Positions 10,835 to 22,859 of a DNA stretch of 64,000 bases are shown piece after piece. Within the stretch, counting starts at the first letter, position 1. Every line of letters begins with the position of its first letter. A program made the position numbers and the translations under genes. Source of the stretch: Selaginella moellendorffii (Eukaryota > Plantae > Lycopodiophyta). Location: NCBI RefSeq assembly GCF_000143415.4, contig NW_003314416.1:191332-255331 (forward strand), in the 5' to 3' direction. Under the pieces are notes generated by a model. That model was not told the DNA's origin. It saw only the letters and a list, made by a program, of their open reading frames with translations, and did not search any database.

Positions 10835-12122
10835 CTTTCCTTGTGTGGAGCAGCCTTCTTGTTCTCACTCAATTCCCAAGTCACCTTGCTCTTCTGGGTC
10901 CTTCGGGCCTTAGTCTGGTGTGGTCCAACACTTGTCTTCCCCCTTTTCCCACCCACATCTTGCCAAGGCTCCCTGTGCTTTTCCTTTTGCTGCACTATAC
11001 TTCTGTTGTTCCTGGTTCTCCTCAGAACGCATTTCCTCCTTGTGGAGGAACTCCTCCACCTCTTTTGCCCATGCGAGGGCCTCCTTTGAGCTACTTTGGG
11101 TTTTTAACTTCCTGCGCACCACCTTGCATTCCTTCTTGTTCTCCATCTTGTTCTTTTTGGCCTCTCTTTCCCTCTCCTATCCCATTCGCTTCATCTCCTC
11201 CTCCTGTTCTTCCAGCAGTAGTGCCAGTGGCTTCACTCTTTTCCCCAGAATCAATTCCTCCTTTCGCGTCTCCACCTTTTTGCTAGCTTCCAGGATCTCC
11301 TTGTCTTGGTCCCTTTGTTGCTCCACTTCCTGCTCCTCTTGTTCCTTCCACGTGCTTGTCACTTCCTCTTGCACTTTAGTTTGTTGGGCCTTCTGGCTGT
11401 TTGTGTACTCTTGCTCTTTTGGTGTGACTAGTGCCTTTGTCGCAAGATTGAGGGCTTCCTAAGAGCGGGGCCAAGAGTTCGGTCTTCTCCCTTGGGGTGT
11501 GTCTCCAGGGCCAGTCCAAGAGGGGGTCACTCAGCCAGAAGTTTGCTCATAGGTGCCTCTCGGATCTGACCAACAAAGTGAGAAAATCTTTGCCGGCCTG
11601 ACTGTGAGCCCCAGCTATCGATGCTGCAACAATGTATGCCACACCAGACAAAAGAAGGACTGCTGCAATGGGATCCCCAAACCTTTGCGAAGGCTCTGCG
11701 GGAGGCCACTCAGGACGAAGTATAGCTCCACCAAGACATACTCACTGCTGAAGTATGGCACCAACTTTCACTTGTGGCCCTAGTGAGGCAGCGGCTCACC
11801 TCTTCCCCTTGGACCTGCTCCTTTACCTTGGTCCTGTGCACCTCCGGCGATTCCCTGTGCCCTCTCATCTGGTCATTTGGCATCTCCAAGCCCTTCTCTT
11901 CTTCTGGATCTGCCCTTGAGTCTTGTGCATGACGACCTATTGGTATCTCCACAACCATGGCTGCTCTCATCGCTGCTGCCACTGCCCTAGTGGTGATGCC
12001 GCTTCTGTTCTTACTTGGATTAAGGCATGTCTTGCCTTTGGTTTTTCCAGAGGCCGTCTTCCCCACATTGAGAGCCACTCTAAGTCCCGTGCGCTCAGTG
12101 ACGAGGGTGAGGAAGTTCAAGT

Positions 12123-12146
12123 AAGCTCTATTTCGTTAAAGTGGGA
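12123..12146 (+). repeat. Left TIR of copy B
   Basis: AAGCTCTATTTCGTTAAAGTGGGA, overlapped by the hairpin AAGTGGGA..TCCCACTT. Confidence 0.9.
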
Positions 12147-12564
12147 ATTGTCATTATCCCACTTGTAAAATAAGGTTTCCAAACCTTTATATAGTATATA
12201 AATATAACAAAATTCAACTGCATTGAGGCACATGCCATTTTATTTTAAACAAGGAAATGTCTACTCAATCACTTCTCCTCCCCCTGCCACTGCTTCACCT
12301 CTCTCTTCTCCTTGTCATCGTCGTCCAATTTCTTTCCATCCTTTTAATATTGGCTCAGTTGCTCCGAGTCTAGGTGGAGCCCAAGTCCCCATTCAATCTT
12401 TACTTTCCCCTTATTAATAAAACAACTTCGTAGACTTCCAATAACATGCTGTAACACTTCTAGTATAATGCAAATCCTCTCAAAGAATTGTCTTTTAATA
12501 TTAATACAATGGCATGGAACCCCATGCCATAATAAGTTACATTTTTAAATAAATACATGCCATC

Positions 12565-13427
12565 TCAGACTGTTATTTTTTGCCTCCAACGCCTATACAA
12601 TAATCTTGGAATTTCATCACTCTCCACACTATCAGGATTTAAACCCAATAGTAATGCCATCTCTTCTCTAATACGTCCACGCTCATGTTCAACGGTCGAA
12701 GAACCCATCCGGTTGAGCAGATTATGGAGATGCGGATAGTGCTTGGCTAGACAATATACATGCCATAAATGATGACTGATGTCTGTCCGATCAAATGGCT
12801 TCTGATATACCGTTCCATTTGCCATTTGGTTGATTTCTGCAGCCACCTCCTGGACTGGCCGGTTCTCTATCACCATCGCTCCAAGCCATTTTGCAAGGTC
12901 CCCCAGAACATACGGTTTCTTCTCCCTAGTTTCCATACTGCAAGAGATGGGGTGCACTGCATATGTGTGCGTGTTCGTTGCAGTTTTAATCGGCGAGTCA
13001 TCGATGATGAGGATTTCACTTGACCTAGCAGTCCGGTTCATCACTACAGCCTCTGGCTTGACGAAGATGGGCTTGCTACCCCTCACATGGACCATAGTCA
13101 AGCAATCCTCCTGCGTTAGGAGAAAGTCAAATGGTAATATTACTCGCGTCTGATCGTGCATCATCTGTAGCAACGTTAATGCATTGTGGCGCATCATGGA
13201 TGTCCAAACTCCCAATTGCAAATTGAACCCGGCCCTCTGTTTTAAGTGTCGCATGGTCATTATTAGATCCCGCAGTTTCTCCCGTGTGATTAATGTGAAT
13301 CTGTCTCTTTTGACCAACTTGCGACCGTAGGCTTTGGAGGGTGCAGTGACATTCGAGGACGAGCCACGCTCATGGGAGAAAAGGACACCGTTCAGATAAA
13401 AAACGATACAGTACCTTCGCCGTGACT
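12565..13427 (-). CDS. Terminal exon: FCP1/NIF-type HAD phosphatase-like domain (nucleophile Asp replaced by Tyr)
   Basis: CIVFYLNGVL (cf. LVLDLNGxL), LGVWTSM, KPIFVK and ILIIDDSPIK motifs. Confidence 0.75.
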
Positions 13428-14338
13428 CTGAAATGAAATGCGTCAGCATAAAAAATGGTACAAGTCAATTTTACCATCTACAATATTAGCGAATGGTGCT
13501 CCCGATGGTCGTTGAGAGGGTTTTGGTCGAGGAAACGTGAAGGGCGGAAATACTCTCCTCTGCAATGTGGGGTCAATCGCATCCGATGGCGTGTGGGCAC
13601 ATGCCATTTCAGCTGTAGACTCTGGTACAACTGGCTCAACAGTGGCATGGGGTGGTTCCGATGGCGTGTGATCACACGCCATTTCAGCTGGTGCCTCCGT
13701 TGGCAAGGTGGACATGACCGAACAGGCAGCAGGGGCGGTGTAGGGAGGTTCCAACGGCGCGTAGTCAGACGATTGGGCACACGTTGAGTCCGTTGGAAAT
13801 GAGGATACGACCGGCTCGGCGGCTGGGGCGGCCTCATGCGGGTCCAATGGCGCCTGGTCACCGTCAGTTGGATACGTGGACAAGATTGACTCAGTGGTAT
13901 GGGAAGCATCAAGTGGAGCGTGGTTAGCTTGCTTGGCGTTGATATGGATAGTAGCCTCCACCAGCTCTGATGACTCTTGCAGGCAAGTAGAGTCCACTGG
14001 CGGATCCATATGCATGTCCAAATATCTCCCTTCGATTGAGATGGTATCCTCCCTACTGGCTACTAAAAACAAACTCATTAGCACATTGAATCGACTATAC
14101 TGTATTTACCATCAACTGCTATTGAGGAACTAGGACCGATATCACTTGGGCGCACTGCTGATTCTGAAGGATTGGACATACGTTTCGACCCTTGCTTGGC
14201 ACTATCCTTCCTCGACACTAAAGGCTAGAGTTTGTATCTTAATTCAACTGAATAATCTCTACTTACCATTTGCTTTGCGACCTACATGGACAATGTTAGA
14301 AATGGTAAAAGGTTAGGAATGGATGTACTATTATTTAC

Positions 14339-14890
14339 CTGATGGTTTGTCTTGTATGACCTTCCTCCACTGCTCTTTGGCCACCTCAGGCTGGCCATCG
14401 TCGTCATCATCGTCGTCGTCGTTATTGTGATCGTCACCATTGTGAGGACCATCCAAGTCCTCTTCGTCCTCCTCTTCTTCGTCCTCCTCTTCTTTGTCCT
14501 CCTCTTCGTCCTTCTGCTCTTCCTGCTCATTATCTTTCTCTGGCTCCTCATCCCCCTCCTGCATTTCTTCCATAGGCTGCTCAGGCTGGATGGCTTGTTC
14601 TTCCAGGACCATCTTGGGAAAATCATCTGGCCGAGTCTCCATCTCAAAATACAAGACATCCATAGCCTGTTTTAGTGCGTGACCTAGGACCGTATCCTCA
14701 CCCGACTGTCTTAACATGGTTTCTGCACGTTCTTGCACCCTTCGAAGAGGACGAGATGAGAAAAACGTGGCCTTGACTTGAAAAGCATCCCTCATCCATT
14801 GTACCTCTCCATTGAGATTGGGGAAGGGGAGTCCGCCATAGGAATCTAAGTCAGGAGGTGGTGACTGGCTGCTTTCACTCAGCCCTTGAT
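14339..14890 (-). CDS. Exon encoding a highly acidic (E/D-rich) linker
   Basis: EEQKDEEEDKEEEDEEEEDEEDLD...DDDDDDDD within ORF 14331-14921, bounded by predicted splice sites. Confidence 0.65.
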
Positions 14891-15395
14891 CTGCAATGAA
14901 TGGCATGAGCACACACGCCATAACCGCGAGGCATTACCTATCATCTTTTCGTTGCCCTTCTTCCTTTTCGAATCAAACGCCTCTGATCCCGACGACTGTC
15001 CAACGTGCTTTCGCTTTTTATGACCACTGTCAGTTTGAGCTTGGCTGGTGCTTGCCTGTTTTGCCTTTGAAGAAGTGTCTCCTGCAAGGAATGGCATGAG
15101 ACCACACGCCATTGCAAATATAATTTGTACCTCCTTTTTTCCTATTGCTTGTCTGTTTGTCCTTCTTCGACGCGCCACTAGTGCGCTTTTCAGTCCTCAT
15201 GTCTGAATATTCACAACGATCTATAATCAAAATGGCGTGAGGCCTCATGTGACCTTACCTTGTGCAGGTTGTGAGCTCGGCCCAACATGGGTATCTTCAA
15301 CAGTAGCTGTTAACGCCGTTTCAGCATCTGGGGGTGGCCACGCTCCTGCATACAGAGCTTATGAGATAACATTTAAACTTAAAGTGCGTACTCAC

Positions 15396-16191
15396 CAGGT
15401 TCGCAGAGAAGATACTGTTTTTCTTTGGCAATTGTAATTATATGCTCCATTGAAGTCACCTCTTCAATGGAGTTTGTCACCGCAACACACAGGACACCCT
15501 TGAATAGTGCGGCTCGAAAGAATTGTCCGCCGCAGTTGTACTCGACAACGCATTTGCCCTTGGAGTCGGAAGCAGCTATTGCGTTGAAGACCCAGCTGAG
15601 CATTTCCCATGCTGCACCTGGAGCTTTCTCTGGATTCGAAAGCTCTATAGCCGTCTTCAGTTCGTCAGGCACGGGTAAATTGACCTCCCTCAGATCAATT
15701 CGATCGGCCTTGTCGAATGAAGCTGGGAAGTCACTCCAGTCCCACTCTGCTGTAGGACCAATAACAAGGGCGAGTGTGAAGATGCGGACATTCGTCGGTA
15801 TCTTCTTCTTAGCCATTATCCCATGGATCTCTTGCATCTCCTTGCCTTTCAACTGAGCCTTCACCTCGTTCAAGGCCTTCCAGAACTTGTGATAGGATTC
15901 GGAGTCATAGATCATATAGTGGACTGAAGATTCCACCTCCGCAAGTCCCACCATTAAGTCAATGATGGAGCTGACTTCGTCTGCATGAGTGATCTCCTTG
16001 TTTGTGAAGTCCATCACACAAAAGATGTTCTTGACCTGCTCATCTCCGCGGGAAACGATGCTCCTCCACCTTTGATCCTCATCCAAATTCACATATACCC
16101 GGTAAGGTTCTCGATAGGCCTCTGCTGCGGGGTCGAGCTGTTTCTGAAGCCGGCGGTCGACATCCCTCTTAATGAAATTTGGATGTCGCAT
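15396..16191 (-). CDS. Degenerate beta-class N6A/N4C DNA methyltransferase-like domain
   Basis: C-terminal NPEKAP..MLSWVFNAIAASDSKGKCVVEYNCGGQFFRAALFKGVLCVAVTNSIEEV parallels HPxEKP..ll..li...s.pgd.VLDPFxGSGTT..AA...gR..igiE. IFCVMDFTN sits at the DPPY position. Confidence 0.5.
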
Positions 16192-18160
16192 CCAACGACC
16201 GGCATCAGCCCACGCCTGCCCTCTCCCTCGTCCAACTTCTCAGCTTTACTTTTCGTGGCATCCCGCAGCAGATCGATGAACTTGGGGGCCCCCTTCACGT
16301 AGTCGTCGATGTCTTCATTTGACAACTCCAGCTCTTCCATCATCTCTTGCGTGGTGTCGATGCTCACCCTCTCCACGGCCACTTGCTCGAAGATCCAATC
16401 CTTCAATAGCGCACGAGCTCTCAGAGTCGTGCACAAGTCCTCGTATGTCACAATATGGCCGGGAGTCATTTTGGTCTTATTGAAGACTACCTCACCACGT
16501 AGAAGAGCATTAGCCACTGTCAGAAGGTCGTCATCGTCTAGAGACCGTGAGAAATGCAAGGCGTTGAGCTTCAAATCATTGGGCTTCCGGCCGTCCTCCA
16601 CACCCATTGAGTTTAGCAACTCCCCATCATGGTACCTCCTCAGCACATCTACCCATTTGTCAAAAACAACTTTTGTCGCGAGTAGAATGTTATGGATGCT
16701 GAGTGTGTCATTGACCCCCAGTGTTTTCAAGAGAAGACTCGAGAATTCCTGCAATGGAAATGGCGTGAGGCCACATGCTATGCCACATGCAACGAGGCTT
16801 ACCTGCCAGGCGCTAGTTGCTAGTGCACGTCCTTGTCCTGGTTTTTGTGGCTTCTTCAGTTGAACCCAGAGCTTCCGTGTTCGTGCCAATGTCTCGTGCA
16901 GACCCGATTTGTAGCACGTTTCTTGCTTGACATTCTGCGCGTGGGAGATGTATATGATAGATCGGAGGGGCGAGTTGCCTTTTATCAGGCGGACAACTCT
17001 TGTCTTGAAGACTTTCTTCACCTCCTCGCCCACCATAATATCCACAACTATCTGTTGCATCGCCAAGCTAGAATGCTGCCCGGAGACGGCATAGAACCGG
17101 CATAGAACCGGAACTTACCATTTGAAGCCGAATGGAGGCGTGACAATCGAGGCCGGACTCGCTGGTGAATGTGCACTGTGTGTGCAGCGGATCATAGCAG
17201 CAAGGCTACTCTGCCACTTACAGTTGGAGAGTGGCGCTGAAATCTCCCGGGACGGCAAGTGGGCTGCGTGTGGGTGGTGGAGTGGGCGGCGGAGTTGGCG
17301 GCGAAGTTACAAACTGGGTGTGTCTTGAAGTGGACGCCGATGCACACGAGCGCGATGCGAGTGCGAGTGTGATGCAAGCGCGAGTGGACGCCGATGCACA
17401 CGAGAAACCTGTAGAGAAGGTAGATGAGCGCGAATGTGAGCGTGATCGCGAGTGGGAGCGGGATGCGAGCGCGAGTGTGCGAGCGCGAGTACGATGCAAA
17501 ACCTAACCTCACACGCGCGAAATGTCACGACGGTTGGTAATCCCGCCATGTCATCATTCCTCGGACTTGGGCGCCACCATTAATTTCTGGATCGCCGCGT
17601 GCATGCATGCACGTGAAATCCTAAGGAAATCCGCAACGTCATCATTCCTCGGACTGCATGCACGCGAAATCCAAAAGAAAGATCATGATTGGGATATCAT
17701 TTAATACCCTCGCTATATTTATACCATGCATAATTGGATATTCCAAAGCATCTTGTATTTCCAAAAATGCCAGATGTTCAGCTAAATAAAGAATGGTATA
17801 CAATGTCCTTCTTGATGACCCTGCAAAGAAGCATCTCAATCGGACACCACATGAGACCACACGAGCCTTACAATGTTTCAGGGGCATTTGCCATAGATCC
17901 GACCGTTATTTTGCTCCAAGATTTTACAGTTTGGTGTGCATTGACCTTTCCATCGACACTGCAAAGGGACATCACAATCAAATGCGGGACCACAAGAAAC
18001 TAACTTCACTAACTCTGGTTTCACCAAGATCTACGTAAGGAGTTATAAAATGAAAGGACCCTCTCTATTGAAATGTGTTTATGGTCCTAGGGGCATTGTG
18101 ACATATCAAAGGATTTTGTATCAAGTTCTGTATTTGCATGTTTATCAAACTACTGAATTG

Positions 18161-18187
18161 CTAAACCCTAAACCCTAAACCCTAAAC
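18161..18187 (+). repeat. Short plant telomere-type/telo-box tract (CCCTAAA)3 between the divergent genes
   Basis: ctaaaccctaaaccctaaaccctaaac; one unit shorter in copy C (63864-63883). Confidence 0.8.
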
Positions 18188-18974
18188 ATGTGGCCAATGC
18201 TGCGTGAAGAAAGATGCCCTTTCTGGGCAAATGCTGTAAGAGGCAGATGACGAGCAGATGTATCTCAGGCTAGCGAAGGGGACAAACGAAAGCTAGCTAT
18301 AAACATGACGGGATGCAAATAGATTACTAGGCTGGTCCTGCGAAAATCAAAAACCATAATTGAAAACATTGAAAATGCAAAAAGAAAGGTTTATAATATT
18401 TTTGAATTTTAAGCAACCAAAGGAATGCAAGTAGGGCATGTGTTTGTAAGTTTAAAAATGCCTCAACCACTTAAATTCCCAAGTAAATAAAGCTGTTTCT
18501 ATTTTTGGTACAGGTAAACTTTATAGCGTGTGGGCTCATGCAATTTTGAACCCAGAAATGCACCAAAAAATGCTCGACTAGCATTATTCTTTGAATGGCG
18601 TGTGGCCTTATATTGCCATAAATGGACATACACACACAGCATAATTATTCCTTTACATGGCGAATAATCTTGGCGCGGATTGCTGACATGGCATGGCAAA
18701 GTTAGAATCACTGACATGGCACAGCTGGATCGAGGCAAGGACATGATGTAACAAAGTTCAACGTCCGACAGCAAAGTCTAGAAGCTAATCAAGAGGAATC
18801 ATAAGATCTGGTTTGTCAGAGGATTTGATGTGACGTTCAAGCGTATGTTATTTTTGAATTCTCGAACTCATTCCTATCATTTTTTTGCGCCGTGTTCTTG
18901 GTTCCGCTGAGCGCAGTGAGCGCTGCTTGTGTAAGCGGCGTTGTGAGTTGTGGTTTATGCGTCTACGAGTGGTT

Positions 18975-19096
18975 GCGGCATTGCGAGCGCCATTGCGAGC
19001 GGCAGTTTATGCGAGTGGCAGTTTGTGCGAGTGGCGCTACGAGCAGTTGCGGTGTTGCGAGCGGCGCTACGAGTAGTTGCGGTGTTGCGAGCGGCA
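18975..19096 (+). repeat. GC-rich degenerate ~30-bp tandem repeats upstream of the transposase
   Basis: Units such as ttgcgagcggcgctacgagtagttgcggtg; partly present at 20-80. Confidence 0.6.
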
Positions 19097-21295
19097 CTGT
19101 CTTTGGTGTGGCTACCGCTTCCTCTTGATATTCGGCACTTGTGCTTCCTGGTATGTTCACCATGGAATGGCTTAGGACCACATTTAGAAATGGCATGGGG
19201 CCACATGCCATCTTGGGCCCTTGCAATTTCATGGCTAGTGTATTGTCATGTATGTTTTTACTTGCCTGCAGCTGTGTGTATATCAAGATGGCATGAGGGC
19301 TAATGCCATATTTGTGAATGCGAAATTTCACGTGGGTGTCATTAGCATGTTTGAATATCGGCATGTGGCCTCATGCTATTGATGTTTGAATAATGGCATG
19401 TGGCCTCATGCTATTGAGGTTGTTTGGTATGTTATGATTTAGGCCATTCTCCAATCATTTTTTGTATGGTTTTAACTTCTTTTCTGCACTTTCAGAATGG
19501 CCTCCGCAAGTGCGACGTATGTTCCCTCTGTGGATTTTAAGAACCGTGCTATATAGATTCAGGCAAAGGTGTTTCTAAACAACCCCGAGGGGGAGGTGGT
19601 AGCTGAGGGCTTAGCCACAGTTGTCGATCCAAGAGATGCGGTTGCTAATCAAGAATTGGGCTGGGATGATATTGGAGTTGCGATTTTAGAGGTTGTTGAC
19701 ACAGAAAAAAACAGTCTGACTATTGGAAGCATTGTGCGGTGGAAATTGAGGCACTTAGTGTTTGAGAATGTGAAGGATTCACAATCAAACACCACTACAA
19801 CTGATGATAGAACATCTCTTCATGGGAAAAGAAAGTACACCTTCCTAAAGCACAGCTAAAGGGATCTGAGCAACGAACCGAAAAGGCAGAAAATGGCGAT
19901 GGAGGTTCGAATGGTCTCGACAGTTGCTTGTTGCAAGAGGAGGTGCTGTCAACATGCTGATTGGGATGGTATTGAAGAGGAGAGAGCAAGATACAAGACA
20001 TTGTCCTGGAAGGCAGCTTGCAATTTTGTGTATGAGGCATTACGGTCATCTGTTGATGCTTCAGAACATCAGGTGGGGGGCATGGTCTTCCAGAGGGGTT
20101 TGGTCTGCATGAAGGCATGGAGAATCATTTATGGAGTCCCTCGAACCACATTCTACAGAATCAAAACTGAGTTCGAGGAACAAAGGGTTCAACAGGCAGT
20201 CCATGGGAACAACGGTACTCACAAAACCAGGGGTCATGTTGTATATGGAGAGGCAATCTTCAAGAGGTTTGTCGAGACATGTAGCGAGCAGCAACCACAT
20301 AAAACCCGCCTCTTGGAAGATGGAACTCGAGACACCCAACGAGTTCTCCCTTCCATGTATACCAAGGGGGCCATATTGGAAGATGTGAATTGGGAACTCC
20401 AGAGTAATGGCTACAGGAAGCTGAGCCAATCTAGATTTAGTAGATTGTGGAGCAACAGGTTCAGGGATGTGAGTATAGGAAAGTACTCCAACTTTTCAAA
20501 GTGTGACGAGTGCACTGCTATCAAAATGGCTTTGTCGAAGAATTCTTGCATCGCTCAAGAGCAAGAGACGTTGGTTAAAAGGCGACTCTACCACAACATC
20601 GAGCAGAGAAGCTGCAGGACTGCATATTATTATAACAGGATTCTCTCCATGGAGAGACCTGACTCTTACCTTTGCATCATCCACGACAAAATGGACCAGA
20701 AAAAGATGTGCTTACCTCGACTCAATCCTGCCCCCAAGGCAATCTCTTCATCCATGCAGCTGCCTGTGTCTCTGTTTGGCATAATCGCTCATGGGCATGG
20801 TGCCCAGAACTATGGGAACTTTTTTGTACCTCTATGGGGTGGCGGGGGTGCAAACATGATGATTGCGTCCCTAGCAAAACACTTAAGGTCTCTGCAAAGT
20901 GCGCAGACTGAGCTGAACGGCCAACCCTTGCATAAGGCCCTTATCGATCAAACCCCATACAGGGTTCAGCTGGAGGAGGAGCAAAGGCTTGCAGTATCGC
21001 GTGGGGCCCCATGCCATCCTAGTGAATATGTTGGCCGTCAGATTGTAGGGTTATCACGTGAGTGTGAGACACAAAATCCCTAGGCCCCAAAGTGGAGTCG
21101 GAAGGGCGCCACGTGGTAGTGGCCGAAGCGAGAGCCAAACGAGCGTAACACGTTTGGACCAAAAGCTCCGACTTGAAAAGTCAAGAGCGGGAGTGGAACT
21201 CCCAACGAAGTGCTCGAGGAATGAGCACGAAGCGAGCCATAGGCGAGGCTCCAAAAAGGGACCCAAAAAGGACCAACACATGACACGTGGAAGTG

Positions 21296-21800
21296 TCCGA
21301 GATGGACCCGAGTTAGGGTCCGAAGTGGAGTCCGAGATGGACCTGAGATGGAGTCCGAGATGGACCTGAGATGGAGTCCGAGATGGAGTCCGAGATGGAC
21401 CCGAGATGGAGTCCGAGATGGAGTCCGAGAAGGAGTCCGAGATGGACCGAGACGGAGTCCGATATGGAGTCCGAGATGGACCCGAGATGGGGTCCGAGAT
21501 GGAGTCCGAGATGGAGTCCGAGATGGAGTCCGATATGGAGTCCGAGATGGACCCGAGATGGGGTCCGAGATGGAGTCCGAGATGGACCGAGACGGAGTCC
21601 GATATGGAGTCCGAGATGGACCCGAGATGGGACCCGAGATGGAGTCCGAGATGGAACCGAAACCGAGACCGAGATGGAACCGAAACCGAGGCCGAGATGG
21701 AACTGAAACCGAGGCCGAGACCGAGACCGAGACCGAGTCCGAGTCCGAAACCAGGACCGAGACCGAGTCCGAGTCCGAGTTCGAGCCCGAGTCCGAGTCA
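21296..21800 (+). repeat. 12-bp minisatellite (GAGATGGAGTCC)n grading into (GAGACC/GAGTCC)n inside the LTR
   Basis: Visible tandem array; also at 27226-27860, 44750-45120 and inverted at 48275-48825. Confidence 0.95.
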
Positions 21801-22847
21801 GAATACTAATACAGGCAGTTGGGTGAAAGCCCAAAGTGATCGTCCCCCAGGGGGGGGGGGGCTGCGGGGGGTTCCAAATGTATAGTAGGGAGAGTGTGGG
21901 GGTTGGAGCCCAGTGGAGCCAGTTTGGCCAGGAAGGGCCAGTTTGGCCCAGGAAGGACCAGTTTGGTCCAGGGAGGCCATACCCAGTGTTGGGTGATGAA
22001 CTGACCACTGGGAAGTCCAAGACTAGAGTGAATACGGACCGACAAGCGGGCTAGCTTGGGGAAGTGTTCAAGAGCCGGCTCTAGTTCCCCGGGAGATCGA
22101 CTGGCCAATGCTCCCAGTCCAAGTGTGGGTGGCACTACCTACTTGGATACCTGGCGCGGCTCAACGGAACCTCGCTCTAAGCCCATGGCTAGAGCACCCA
22201 AAGGCGGAAGGCGGGGAGAGTACCCATGAGGCCTGCGTAGGGCCACGGTGTTCCGAAATGGTGTCCCAAAGTCCCAGACTGTGGAAAGGAAGAGGAGTAG
22301 CCTCTGGTGTGGTGACCAAGGACACAGTCACACGGTGAAGAAGTCCCAGAGGATAGTGGGACTTAGTGGTCGGGCCGGTGGGCCTTGATCCAGTGGCAGT
22401 GTTGGCGAACACAGCCATGGACAGAAAGGAACTTGGTGGGGACCGGAACAGAGATATTGGGGAAGGCTATTCCCCATGTCTGTAGGCATCCTAAGGATGT
22501 CAAGGAGTGGATCTGGGATGATCACTCATGGACGGATGACCCAGTCTTTGAGAGACGGGATTGGAATGCAGGTGGTGTTGGACCACCAGTGTGACCAAGG
22601 TAAATGGGCATGGCCTTAGCGTAACAGGCCGATACGTCGGTGGTACCTTGGGGTGTTGATCATGGGATCGGACACGTGGAGCACTTGGACCAAGTGCTAA
22701 GGTTGAGTGGCATGGATGCCATTCTCGGGGCTAGCAAGCCCCAAGTCCTGAGTTGGACTTATGGAGGTTGTGAATGAGACTCCTCCAAGTGGTCGGAGGT
22801 GTGGTTAAGTGACTAAAGTATAATGGAAAATTTAGTCGCTTACAACT

Positions 22848-22859
22848 TGGTATCGGAGC
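22848..22859 (+). promoter_or_regulatory. Primer-binding site, tRNA-iMet type
   Basis: TGGTATCGGAGC, 3 nt after the 5' LTR (canonical TGGTATCAGAGC); also at 46079-46090. Confidence 0.85.

Larger units (their letters stand above)
4879..12122 (-). mobile_element. Degenerate L1/Tx1-like LINE, bounded at both sides by the DNA transposon ends
   Basis: Minus-strand fragments of ORF1 (coiled coil, DUF4283/RRM-like 10265-10834, CCHC knuckle ~10130-10200), APE endonuclease (9129-9566) and RT (7325-8263). Many stops and frameshifts. Confidence 0.88.
12565..17100 (-). pseudogene. Transposon accessory gene, copy B: multi-exon ParB-like / MTase-like / acidic / FCP1-HAD-like fusion; 5' part deleted, frameshift near 16192
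   Basis: Predicted GT-AG introns at 16749-16802, 15346-15395, 15203-15258, 15082-15130, 14891-14937, 14282-14338, 14218-14266, 14130-14181, ~14060-14109 and 13428-13474 link the ORFs. The last junction is in phase (G|AG=E). Confidence 0.7.

Noticed and set aside
17192-17549. Arg/Ser/His-rich ORFs (also 53723-54289) as separate genes
   Set aside because: Low-complexity GCGAGT-type repeats open in several frames; may include the first exon or 5' UTR of the accessory gene, but the frame cannot be fixed.
18161-18187. True telomere or chromosome-healing site
   Set aside because: Only 2-3 units at the same internal position in two transposon copies.
21296-21800. Possible CRISPR-like array
   Set aside because: Contiguous tandem units with no unique spacers, no cas genes, and a eukaryotic context.
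21058-22135. Long ORFs such as MESEMESE.., WSPRWSPR.. and HLGLHLGL.. (also 26931-28195, 44406-45208, 48002-49038)
   Set aside because: Artefacts of the stop-free 12-bp minisatellite in the LTRs; open in most frames.
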